From Paraspadella gotoi (taxonomy: Eukaryota > Animalia > Chaetognatha), in the NCBI GenBank assembly GCA_051294375.1, contig CM119270.1, forward strand, positions 19,085,953-19,149,952: a stretch of 64,000 nt of DNA, read 5' to 3'. Under the pieces are notes generated by a model. It saw only the letters and a program-made list of their open reading frames with translations, ran no database searches and was not told where the DNA came from. This document shows, piece after piece, positions 1-11,945 of this stretch. The position numbers and the translations under genes were made by a program. How positions within the stretch are numbered: the first letter of the stretch is position 1; each line of letters starts with the position of its first letter.

Positions 1-305
1 AAGTCTTGTTAAAAGCTTATTTTCACCGATCCCCGAAAACCTCTGGGAGACGATTGAAAAGCGATAACAATCATTAAACAATTAAAAAAAAACGAGGGGG
101 GAAAACAATAGGAAAGTTTTTACGTATTAGATCAATTCGATGAATTTAAATACGAAAAATAGTTTACTTTATTATAATTATTTTCATTAATTTAAATAAA
201 TTCAACAGGTCTCTTGCTCATGTTATTTTACGATGTAATTTATTCTTCGATCAGAAAAAAAAAAGGATAAATTATTCGACAGGCGAAGGAACCAGAGCGC
301 GAGAT

Positions 306-2704
306 TCATCCTAATCCCCGGGCGAAGAGGATCGTCAGGGTTAGCCCGAGAAGCTTGATCATCGGCGCCGCCGCGGCCGCCGCCGTCTGGGAAGCTCCGG
401 ACTGGAGGACATCGCACCAAGCATCGTGTAAATCTACACCATCGACCTCAACAAAGCCGCTGCAAGCTGATTTGCAATGCTTGGCGCAAATAGCTTTTTT
501 CGCTCCTATGGAGGAAAAAAAAAGTATTTTTTTTTTAATCTTATTGGTTTCGATTTTAATGATAGTTTTCGTCGGATCTGATGACAGCAGACGCAACTCT
601 AACGTACTTTGTCGGTCTGTCGGTCTGCCTACTTAATCTTATCGATAAATTATTTAAAACTGAATATTAAATTACTACGAAACTATTTAAAAAGGATGTT
701 TGTCCAACACAACAACGAATACGACATCAAACGCAAAAAGCCAAGACAGAAGGGTCAACCTGAACTCGCGATGTAGTGACAACATCCATCCGGTTTAAAG
801 TCTTCCCTTTCAAAGTTGCAATCGTTTGTCTTTGTGCACTCGGTGACCCCCGACGGCAAATCAGGAAATAAAAGTTCCTTGTTATTGTTGTTGTTGCTTT
901 TGACATTGTGGTTCATATTGTTGTTGTTCATGTTGTTTATATCTTTGTTGTTCATGTTGTTCATATCTTTGTTGTCAAGTGGGTCGTTTATATTTGACCT
1001 TGAAGGCCAATCCGGGTTCTGGTTAAAACACACACGACATATTTCCAACTCGCTCCATTAATATCTAAGCCGTGGAATATAATTAATAAATTGACTACAG
1101 AAGGCTTCATATTATAAAATGAGGTACTATGGCAATAGCCGGGTTGCCTGTGATGCCCATTGGGATGGGGCATCTCACTGTTGGCTTTGGGGGCTTCCGA
1201 CCTTCAGCGACGACCCTAGGACGGTCTCGCTTTGCCAACGCAGAGGGAAGTCGTTAGGACTGTGAATGGAACACAACGCCTGGGATGATGTGTTCCCTCT
1301 CTGAGCGAAGGGATTTTGGCTGAATGATGGTCAACGTGAGGCGGTGTGAATATACCGCCACAGTACCCCTTTTTTGTGACCAGAACACGTTCCGAGAAAA
1401 CTACTGGACCAAATTTATTGAAATTTAGTATGAACGATCCCTATGTGAATACAAATAGAACTATCAAGGCGAATTTCAACATTTGACTCCTGAGCCGAGA
1501 TATGGGGCCATGGAGGAGCAAAAAATGGTCTTAAATTTTTTTTTTGTATTTTTTCATTATTTTTGTTTTGAACAGTTGCATAGACTTTTACTTTTCCACA
1601 AAAAACGTATTTATGACCACAAAAATATTAGTCTACCTTAATTTTCAGTTTGATGAACATCAGCAGTTCAAGTCAGTTTTGGAATAATTTTGGAAAATTG
1701 AAGTAAAATGATGAACCATGCATCTTCTAACTATTCTTAATTATTGATTTTTTTTTTAATTTTAGTTTTTATGATTCTTTCTTTTCGTTGTGTTTTGAAT
1801 TTAGGAAAAAACAGTTTTACTGTGCAACAACGATTTTTATTATTATATAGATCTGTATTAAGAGTCTTCTTTAGCGTTGAAGAAGTTTTAAAATGTTTCT
1901 TTTATATGTTTAAAACGTCAATGCACCTGATGGAACTAAAAAATTTTTAAAAATGAAAAAAAATGTTTAGGTTTTTTTGGCCCCCCCAGCGGTCCACCCC
2001 CAGGGCCCTGTATCTCTTGGAAGGAGTTGAATATTAAAATTCGCATCGATAGTTCCATTTATATCGTCATTAGGACTCTAAATGTATAATTTCATGAATT
2101 TCGAAGGGGTAGTTTGGTAGGAACTATTCTGGTCACAAAAAAGGGATACCTCAGATCATAAATTATATATTTTGTCAGGCATTGTTCAGCTTGAATACGA
2201 ACATCAATCCTTAAGTTAGGACCCCGTAGCTCATTGCGTTGCCATCAGCTCAAGACCATTAGATACCCTTAGGTTAATATTATTATTAATTAATGATAAG
2301 AACAGTTAGCGACCAGATTATAAAACTCTTGAGAAAAAGTAATTACTATTATTATTTTTTCATTTAGGTGAGAAGAGAAAAAGATTAAAATACGAATAAG
2401 CGATAAGAGGATGATATGTCCACGTGTTTAAGTTACTATGACCTACTATGACTATGACACCCACGATGACTCGGTCAGATCATTGGAAACTATGTCGAGC
2501 TTTAACATCTTCATATCCACTGTCTTAGTAATCCCGCTGGCGCTGACCCGTGCCCGATGGGTCGCGAGCCTTGGCGGGTTCGCCCTTCCTTGCCCGGACC
2601 AGCGCCGCCGCTGCGGAGGCAGCCGATGCGGCCGACGCAGCCGACGCAACCGACGCAGCCGACGCGATTAAAAAAATAATCGAAAAAGTATTTAAAATGT
2701 CCAT
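306..2704 (-). CDS. Paralogue A: putative secreted, GPI-anchored 8-cysteine protein; 5' structure uncertain, possibly a pseudogene
   Basis: Terminal exon 306-505 (acceptor ccatAG; GAKKAICAKHCKSAC...KLLGLTLTILFARGLG*) joins in phase 1 to exon 760-~1018 (...DLPSGVTECTKTNDCNFEREDFKPDGCCHYIASSG; donor GT at 759-758). A signal-peptide-like ORF at 2704-2525 (MDILNTFSIIFLIASAAS...RDY*) resembles the N-terminus of paralogue B, but I find no convincing in-phase donor linking it. Confidence 0.65.
1120..2153. mobile_element. Short (~250 bp) TG...CA element with 14-bp terminal inverted repeats, right TIR interrupted by a MITE
   Basis: Left end is TGAGGTACTATGGC (1120-1133). Removing 1366-2148 (MITE plus one TA) restores a right end GCCACAGTACCTCA, a 13/14 inverted match. 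The interior is GC-richer than the flanks and hairpin-rich. No clear TSD. Confidence 0.6.
1366..2146. mobile_element. Non-autonomous DNA transposon (MITE), Tc1/mariner-like TA target duplication
   Basis: Imperfect TIRs of roughly 130-150 bp (CCCTTTTTTGTGACCAGAA... / ...TTCTGGTCACAAAAAAGGG). TA at 1364-1365 and 2147-2148. AT-rich non-coding interior. Confidence 0.8.
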
Positions 2705-2826
2705 CTTTTATTCATTTCACTGATAAATTGAGAAAAAAATTTAGGTATTTTTAATAATCCTTAGTTGGAAAAGTAAGGAGATTTTGTAAAGCCTACTCAA
2801 AGAACAAAACACAATCGCGCGAATAA

Positions 2827-2894
<68 letters not shown>

Positions 2895-3214
2895 AGTCAA
2901 ACCTGCGGAAATCTTACTTTTACTTACCCCAGTAAAACTCAATATGAAGCTTAAGTGTAGCCATCTATTATTTACAGATAACACTCTGGGTTCTCGAAGA
3001 AAAATAACCATTACTAAAAATAGACATCATTTTCCTAGAAAAAAAAATTATTGTATTATTTTATTTCGGTTTATTTCGTAAAAAAAAAAAGAATTTTCGG
3101 CTGAATACCGCGAACAACAAATCAACCGTTTTAAGGGTAATTTGAATTTTTTTTTTTCTTTTCTTAATTTCTAAAGTGAAGGAATCACAATGAATCACAT
3201 TTATCACAATTACA

Positions 3215-4003
3215 TCAACGCCACTTGATCAACCTCCAAGCGAAGAGGATCGACCAGGTTAGCCCGAGCAGCTTGGACGCCTCCACCGCCGCCGACTTCA
3301 AACCACAAACCCCATCGCAGGACATTTCTTTGGCGTAGGCGTCGCCGAGCCATCCGTCGCCAGCGCATCCAGATTTGCATTTGCTGACGCAAATAGACTT
3401 TTTAGCGCCTGAGGACGACAACGGTGAACGTTGATCGACAAACTTAAACAATAGAGTCTTCCATTGTTTAAATCAAATTTGTCAGATGTACCCTAGTTAT
3501 TTAATGTTAATAAGATTAAATTTTAGGCTATATTTTTTTCAATAGGAACTGAAATTTTACCGTCATAAACTTAATGTGTTACTAATTTTTTAAACCTGTC
3601 TCTAACCAAAATCTCTAACCCTAACCTAATCCCCAACTTTAAGTATAATCCCTAATCCCTAAACCAAATCCCTAACCTAATCCCTAACCTTAAGGCTAAT
3701 CCCTTATCCCTAACCAAAATCTTCAACCCTATATAACCAATTTTTAAAACCTAATCTCAACTTTTTGACAAAATCTTAAACCTTAAAAAAAATTAACTTT
3801 CAATTTAAAGCTGAAATAGGACGCTTTCGGGGAAACATGCCTTCAATTTTTCTTTTTGACCTGACCAGGCCGTGTACGAACAGCATCCGTCCGGTTTAAA
3901 GTTCGGCTCCTCGTAGTTACAATCCTTGGCCTTCGTGCATTCGTGCGCCCCCGTTGGTAAGTCCATAGCGGTGTCTCCGCTGCCGCCACCGTTGCTGCTG
4001 CTG

Positions 4004-4041
<38 letters not shown>

Positions 4042-4251
4042 CATACCGCCGCCGCCGCCGCCCATACTGTTGCCCATACTGTTGTCCATACCGTTGTTCA
4101 TACTGTTGCCCATACTGTTCTCGCTGCTCATTTTTGAGCTACTCTCCATGTCCGCCTCGCGCCGGCGCCATTTCGAGCCGGACGCGCGACGCCCGAACGA
4201 GGCCGCCGACGATATTAAAATTATCGTTAACAGAACTATCAAATAACTCAT
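3215..4251 (-). CDS. Paralogue B: secreted, probably GPI-anchored 8-cysteine protein with Met/Asn/Gly-rich N-terminal region (194 aa)
   Basis: join(3861-4251, 3215-3408), phase-1 intron, 585 nt. Signal peptide MSYLIVLLTIILISSAAS, basic KWRRR, NSMG repeats and poly-Gly, C-x5-C-x11-CC-x12-C-x3-C-x3-C-x15-C, hydrophobic tail KLLGLTWSILFAW. The intron lies at the same position as in paralogue A. Confidence 0.85.
3600..3785 (+). repeat. Degenerate CCCTAA/CCTAA-rich (telomere-like) repeat in the intron of paralogue B
   Basis: Repeated ccctaa, cctaat and ccctaacc units. A short opposite-orientation tract is at ~47800-47865. Confidence 0.6.
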
Positions 4252-6220
4252 GATTCAATTTAAATGATTTTCTTTCTAACTTATTTTAATAATTTCTGGT
4301 AAAAACAAACTAGTTTATTTGAGTTATTTATGATAAAGGGATTAAGTAGAGGCGTTTTGTAGCTGGTGTTGTTTCACTTGCTATTTTCGTGCCCGTTCGT
4401 CGGTAAGACTCTGTCTCTCTCTGTCTGCCCGTCTTGTACACTGTACAATGTACACTGTACAATGTACAGTCGCCCTCTTCGCATAAAAATCGCAGTCACA
4501 TGAACAGAAATCCGTGGCTTTACGAATCTAATTGGCAGATAAACTATGTTCTATGAAACGGTACATAATTGTGTCTTCAGTTTTACCGCTTTTAATCTTT
4601 AATCGCGTTTCCAATAAACTTCTTGTTTGTTTAAGGATTATATCTTTTTCCGCCTTTTGACGTCACGTGTTGGTCTCCTTATCTCGTCCAATCAGAGATC
4701 GAGTTTAGGTTTCCAAACAAAAAAGAAAACAATCACGTCAGGAACAACAACAACAACTACGAAAGCAAATACTACAACAATAACAAGAACAACGACGACA
4801 AGAACAACCTAAAGAACAACAGGATAGATCATTGATTCGTTCGTTCGTTATACAATATACAAACGTAGTTAGATTGTAAGAAAAGTTGGTAATTAATTAG
4901 AGTTAGACGGCGGTCGGTCAGTCGCATCGTTGATTCGTTGGTTCTAGTCACACGGATGCAAATTTTTATTTCGAAGAGAATAAATGTTTGCTCGATGCGG
5001 GTGAAATCGTTCACTGAGAAATCTTTTTTGGAAAAGAGTATTATTAGTTTTTTTTATTTCCTGTTAATTTTGGATAGAGGAAATTCGATCAGAAGTTTTG
5101 ATAATTGATTTACGAAAATACGAAATCTGAAAAAAAAAATTTACTTAAACTTTTCCAGTTGACTTTGGAAATTACCACTAATTTTTAAGTTTAAGTTTAA
5201 GTTATCTTCATATTTCATTCTATAACGAATCACTAAGGGAATAAAAATATTCTATTAAGTACTAAAGCAGTATTAAATACTAACCAGTTGAAAAAAAGAA
5301 TTATATCTCTCGGTTAATCCAATCAAAAGTCGTCAAACAGGAAAAGCGAAATTTCTTACCAATTTTTTTTTTCTTTTTTCATTATTAGTTTTCGATCGTC
5401 GAGTTATTTAATTTGACTTAAGGGGAAAAAAGGATCGAGCCACTGATGTTTATCTCTTTCTTTTATCTTTATTTAAGATGGAAAAAAGGAGAGAGAGAGA
5501 GAGAGAGAGAGAGCAGAGAGAGAGAGAGAGACGAGAGAGAGAGTTGAGAGAGAGGAAATCTTGCCTTTTTGTGTTTCACTGGATTGTCTGGAGGAGCAGA
5601 GAGAGAGAGACGAGAGAGAGAGAGAGCGAAGAAGAGAGAGAGAAGAGAGAAGAGCCAGAGGAAAGAACGAGAGAGAGAAGCGAGAGAGGATAGATTTTTC
5701 CCATTTAATCGCAAAAAAGTAAAATATCGCAGGTCTGTAAAATCCTGAGAATGTTACGCCCGAGAAAAATTGGGATTAAGAAGAACATTTTCTTTCTTTC
5801 TTTAATTCTTTTTCTTCTTCTCTTTGTGGAATAAAGAAAACTTTTTTTTTTTGCTCTTTTTATTTTTTTCTTTTATTATGTTCCGCCCTTTACGCTTTTT
5901 TCTTTCTTGTGCAAGGCTTCTCTAAATGGAAGAAGAAAAAACAGAAAAAAATTTTATGAAAAAAAAGTCGATTTTTTAAATTTTTTTTGTTTTTTAGTTT
6001 CATTTTAAAACCCAGTGTAACACCCAAAATTGGTCCTTTGGGGGGGGACAAACTTTAAAAAACAAAATAAGGGAACAAATAAACGAAAGAAAAAAAAAAC
6101 ATTAGTTTTAAAAAAAATTGCAGAAGAATAAATGCAGCAACCTCTAATTTAGCAAAATAAAGTCTCAGCTGAGCTAAGCTGTAACGAATAGACAGAATTA
6201 ATAATGTCTCACGCAAAAAA

Positions 6221-6253
<33 letters not shown>

Positions 6254-6995
6254 NNNNNNNNNNTCTCGTCGCACGCGATCGTCCAGAGTCGCGTCACTTC
6301 GGCACGTGACTCTTTTTCAACAGTTTCGTTTTGATTTTTGTTTTTGTTATATTTGTCTGTATTTTTATTTGTATTTTCTGTATTTTTACTTTTATTGTCT
6401 GTATTTGTATTTGTATTGTTTGTATTTGTACATATGTACTTTTCTGTATTTTTCTGCCATTTTATTTTTTAAGCTTTAAATCGAGTCCCGGATGTCATCG
6501 CCTGAAATACTATTTTTTTTTTTCTGACTCTGACTCAACTTTCATTTCATGATAAATTAGTGAATTGTGACTTGGTCAATGGTCACTGGTCAATGGTCAC
6601 TGGTCACTGGTCAGTCATTGTCCTCCTAATCTCTCCTCATTTCACTCCGTGTGGTCGGTCCGTCGGTCCGTCTATTTGTCAGTCTTTGTCTCTTTTATCT
6701 TTTCCTTTTGTCCATCACCTTTTGGTTTTCCAGCGCTTCTTTTCTCCATCAATGTCGTGTCCATCACCCCTTTCTTTTCTCCATCAACGACCCTCTCCCC
6801 TTCCCCTTTTGGGTCAATCGCGGCGTCGTTCCATCGCCTCTTACGTCCCATTAAAGGCGTCGTGGTCAGCGTCGGCGTCGTCGGCGTCCGAACTGTCGCC
6901 GAAAACGCCTCTTTCAAATCGTCACGTGACTCAGGAAACGGTTCGCGGTCGGATCACGTGACTTGTTTTTCGTAACGCTGACATCGACGAGACTG

Positions 6996-7065
6996 CGTCA
7001 CGTCACGTCACGTCACGTCACGTCACGTCACGTCACGTCACGTCACGTCACGTCACGTCACGTCA
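6996..7065 (+). repeat. (CGTCA)14 pentanucleotide array
   Basis: Perfect tandem CGTCA units, with GACATCGACGAGACTG repeated at 6980 and 7070. Confidence 0.9.
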
Positions 7066-7656
7066 CGCGGACATCGACGAGACTGCGTCACGTCACGAAC
7101 CGTCGCGTCGCCCGCGAATCGCGAGACGTCGCGTCAAGCGTTTTGATCACGTGATCCGCGGTCGTTTATATCACGTGAACATCAAGAGAGCGACCCCTCG
7201 CGGGACTGACCCATGTTCCGCTTTCTCTCTTCTCTCTCTCTCTCTGCTCTCAAGTGCTCATCATATCCTCTGCTCTCTCTCATCTCCTCTCTCCCTCTCT
7301 CTCTCTCTCGTCATTTCTCTCTCTCTCTCTCTCTCTCTCTGACGCTTTCAATGGCGTCAACCCCCCGTCCCATTTTGAGTCAAGAACGTGCGATGCACGA
7401 CTTCCGTTCGCTGACAAACATCAAGAACAACAACAAAAATAACAACAACAACAACATCAATGTCTGATGACGAATTCGCACCCTGGTTCCGGTATGAAAT
7501 CGCACGCACGTGCACTTCATGTCGCGCGCGATGTCGTCGCTCGCGTCTTTACTCTCGTGCATTTACAACAACGACAACGACAACAACAACGACAACTAAG
7601 ACTCTTTGTCCCTCGAAATTCCGCTGCATCGATTTTTATCGATGACCTGCAACGAC

Positions 7657-7695
<39 letters not shown>

Positions 7696-10032
7696 AATTG
7701 ACGACATGGGCGATTCCCAACGACCACGTGACCTTTCGACGGTCGCCTTTGTTCGCGAAAAACTTTCGTACGCCTCGTCTTTGTGCGTACACAGTCGTAA
7801 ACGGTAAAAGTTTAGGATTTGAAAGATCAGGAAGAGAACGTTTCTATAAAATGTTTGTCGTAAAGATTTTACAGAGATTCTGAACCGAAATTTGACTTTC
7901 GTCGTTAGAGAACAAGTAAATGTATAGATTTAAACCGATAATATTTTTGGGAATATTTAGATTTAGTAATTCCGAGAAATAGTAAATCGAAAACTTGCTT
8001 CTCATCAAACCCGCGATGAAACTGACAAATCCTCGATTTACAAAAATCGCAAAGTACGAATTGGATACGCTCAATGCGAAAGCGAAATCCCGATTTAGCG
8101 AATTCGCAAATGTGAGAATTCGACGCTAAATGCGAAAGCGAAATCGCGATTTAGCGAGTTTCGGTTTCGCGCGACGAAGCGAAAAGAAAAAGTTTCGAGT
8201 TTCGAGTCGAAATCGCGAAGTCACACGAGAAAAGNNNNNNNNNNNNNNNNNNNNNNNNNNNNNNNNNNNNNNNNNNNNNNNNNNNNNNNNNNNNNNNNNN
8301 NNNNNNNNNNNNNNNNNNNNNNNNNNNNNNNNNNNNNNNNNNNNNNNNNNNNNNNNNNNNNNNNNNNNNNNNNNNNNNNNNNNNNNNNNNNNNNNNNNNN
8401 NNNNNNNNNNNNNNNNNNNNNNNNNNNNNNNNNNNNNNNNNNNNNNNNNNNNNNNNNNNNNNNNNNNNNNNNNNNNNNNNNNNNNNNNNNNNNNNNNNNN
8501 NNNNNNNNNNNNNNNNNNNNNNNNNNNNNNNNNNNNNNNNNGCGCTTCCAACGCGGGACACGAAATCGGCACCAGAGGCGGAGAAGGAAGGAGACACTTT
8601 CGGGAGGCGTGACTTGTTATAATACGGAAGGAACGTCCTCACATCCGGGGGATGAAGACGGGGTAACCTCGTAGTCAGGGACACGGACAGTTATTTTTAA
8701 ATGTCGAACGAGTCTTGAAAGAACTGTTTTCTCTTCATTTGAGTTGTCAGAAAACCGATTTAGACTTGACCTGTTGGATCTTTCTTGTGGACTCTTTAGA
8801 CATGTCAAAGTAAACATGTCATGTCAACATGAACATTATTTTATCATTTAACAATTCACCTATCTTGCCTCTGTTCGATCAATTTGACCGAGTGATGGTT
8901 TGTTAAGGCTTCCATCTCCATTGCAAGATGATGACATCGCAGGAGCCTGAGTGCCAGCCTGCCAGGTTTTCAATTCAATGAAGTAGTATAACCTTCTAAT
9001 CTAATTATTTATTTATATATTTATTTAGTTATAACAGATTTCAATTAAACAAAAGGACCACTTCTTTTAGTTTTAAAACATTATTCCTGCGACACCGAAG
9101 TTTAACGAAAATATATGATAGAAATAATAGGGAAACGACCACACGGAGATTCTTTGTTGTCTTTGTCTGCAGTGAATACAGTTGATTCCGATCGATCCAA
9201 TAGAGAACAAGAGCCTAATCGCTCTGCCCTTTCTACTGTATCACGTCTCTTGGTTTACGCGGAAGATTGATCGATGACTATGAATCATGAGGTCTCTCTC
9301 TCTCTCTCTCTNNNNNNNNNNNNNNNNNNNNNNNNNACCCAGCACATTCGCTTTCCCAATTTCGACTCTCCCTTCCCTCTTTCCCTCCCCTATTCCTAAA
9401 CCTCCCCTACCGCAACGGCCTTCCCCCACCGCCCGCCCCCACGCAAATTCCCACCACCCCCTTCTCTTTCCCATATTACATCCTTCATACACTCATCCAC
9501 CGGTTTCCATCTCTTTCAATCTTACCCATCGAAGGCGCCGATCTCCCATTGTTTTTCGTACAGAGGATGATTTGTCGCCAAATCGCGTTCTTTTTTTATT
9601 TCTTCTTTCTCTCTCTACTCCTCTCTCTCTCTCTCTCTCTCCTTCTCATCTCTCTTCTCTCTTCTCTCTCTCTCTCTCTCCTCTCTGCTCTCCTTCCGTC
9701 CCTCTTTCTCACTTATTGTTTCATTTTTATCGTCATTTAGCTCTGCAGATCGCCTGCCTTAGTGTCGCCATGATGCGCAAATCTCAATCTCGAAACCCAT
9801 TTGCATGAACTGAAAATTTTAATTTACGTTACATTTACATTTTTAATAATAATTCTTATTTCCTCCCCTCTGGTTTTATTCCCCAGCAACCAATATTCTA
9901 TATACAACAACAACAGAAATAACAACAACAACAACTAAAACAACAGAACAGAAGGGAAAAAACGAAATAAATCGGAAAGGCAAACAACGAGGACGCGATT
10001 CCATTAGAGGACCCAAAACGGATCGATATAAC

Positions 10033-10064
<32 letters not shown>

Positions 10065-10785
10065 CGATGATGACGTCTAAAACGACGACGACCATGACTA
10101 CAAAGACGACGACGACGACGTCGACGACGACGACATTAACAACGACGATCACGAAATCTCCCCACGACGAAATAAAACTCATGAAACTCCTTTTGTTTTC
10201 CGGGAAAAAGAAAGAAAATTCAAAGAGAAAAGTTTAACTATTTAATTTTTTTTTTTTTTTGCACCAAAAAAAATAATATTATTTTTGTCGGTTTTGGAAT
10301 ATTAATAGGAAGAGGGAAAAGGGAGAGATCTGCACCCCCCCCCAAAAAAAAAAATGTGTCAAAAGAGAGAAAAAGGTCACGAGTTCGAACCCTGAGCTAA
10401 GAGAAAGAGACTCATTGTGCTGAGTCGGCGAAGAGAGAGAAAAAAGAAAGAATAGAAAAGAATAAAAAAGAAAAAAAATGGAGACGAGTTTTAAGTAAAT
10501 AATAAAATCGACGGGAATGAATGAATGAGGGTATTAAGGGTGGAATGAAGGAAGGAATGAATGAATGAATGAATGAATGAAGGTATAAAGGGTGGAATGA
10601 ATAAATGAATGAATCGAATTTTTAAAGAGTGGAACGAATGAATGAATAGAATGTATAAAGGGTGGAATGAATGAATGAAAGAAGGAAATAAAGAATTGTA
10701 CAAATGAATGTTGGAATCAGTAAATAAAATTAGAGAATTTCATTTATCGTCAATATTTTTTTAGATCTAAATAAAAAAGGGATGG

Positions 10786-10817
<32 letters not shown>

Positions 10818-11295
10818 GTGAAAACGAAGATGAGGACGACGACCACAAAGTCAACATCCGGGAAACGAAATCTACAGTAAAATCCAATTATTCCCTTGCG
10901 GACTGAGTCACCAACGACGCGAAGAGGCCGCCTCACTGTATCTCCATTTTTTCCTTTCTTTCTTTTTAACTCTCTTTTTTTTTCTTTTTTTTTCTTTTCT
11001 TTTCTTTTCTTTTCTTCTTCTTTTTTTTTCTTTTCTTTCTTTTCTTTTCTTTTCTTTTCTTTCTTTTCTTTTTTCTTTTCTTTCTATTCCCTTCGGCCCC
11101 TTTTTTCTTTCTTTTCTTTCTTCTTTCTTTCTTTCTCTTCTTCTTTCTTTCTTTCTTTCTTTCTTTCTTCTTCTCTTCTTATCTTTCTTTCTTGTAGAAA
11201 ACAGTAAACTGGGAAAGCAGAGAGGCGGCGTCAAGTCGCGTCGACGAGGCGTGGACGTCGTTGAGAGCAGAGAGACAGAGAGAGAGAGAGAGAGA

Positions 11296-11333
<38 letters not shown>

Positions 11334-11910
11334 GAGAGACGAGAGGAGAGAGAGAGAGAGAAAGAGAGAGAGAGACGTTTCTCCGCGGGGCACCTCGTCG
11401 GTTGACCAAGGATTAGGATCACGGGAGATTACAATCGGAGATAAGAGGAGGAAGAGAAAAGAAAGAAGAGTGAGGGAGGAAAGGAGAAGAAAAGAGAAAG
11501 GAAAATAAAGGAGGAAAAAAGTAAAGGAAATAAGAAAGGATAAGAAAGAATGGAGAGAGAATGGAGAAATGAGAGGAAAAGAAAATGAAGAAAGAAAGGA
11601 AAGAGAGATGAGAGGATAAGAATAAAAGAAGGATATAGGAGAAAAGAAAAGAAAAGAAAAGTTGTGGAGGAAAAAAAAGGAGAGTGAGGAACGAGAAGGA
11701 GGAAAGGAAAGAAAATGGCGAAAGAAAAGTAAAACTCAAAAAGTAGGTTAAGAGGTAAAACCGCAAATGGTGACTCTGACCTGAAGAAAGACAAGGGAGG
11801 AAAGAAAAGAAAGGAAAAACAAGGGAAAAGAAAAAGGAAAGAGAAAAAATAAGAGGATGAAAGGAGCTTAAAGAGAATTAAGAAATTGAGTCGGTAGAAG
11901 GTTGAGCGGA

Positions 11911-11945
<35 letters not shown>

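Noticed and set aside
1280-1350. Resemblance to U3 snoRNA boxes or a hammerhead core (CTGAGCGA, CTGAATGA)
   Set aside because: No proper U3 box A or box D. CUGANGA spacing is off by one and there is no matching GAAA.
4361-4380. AGCTGGTGTTGT resembling the 5' part of miR-138 (and TTTGGTCCC at ~15292 resembling miR-133)
   Set aside because: Only partial matches, with no precursor hairpin evident.
8617-8970. Possible minus-strand exons next to a gap
   Set aside because: No homology recognised and no consistent splice chain.
10375-10395. B-box-like GAGTTCGAACC
   Set aside because: No A-box or cloverleaf nearby.
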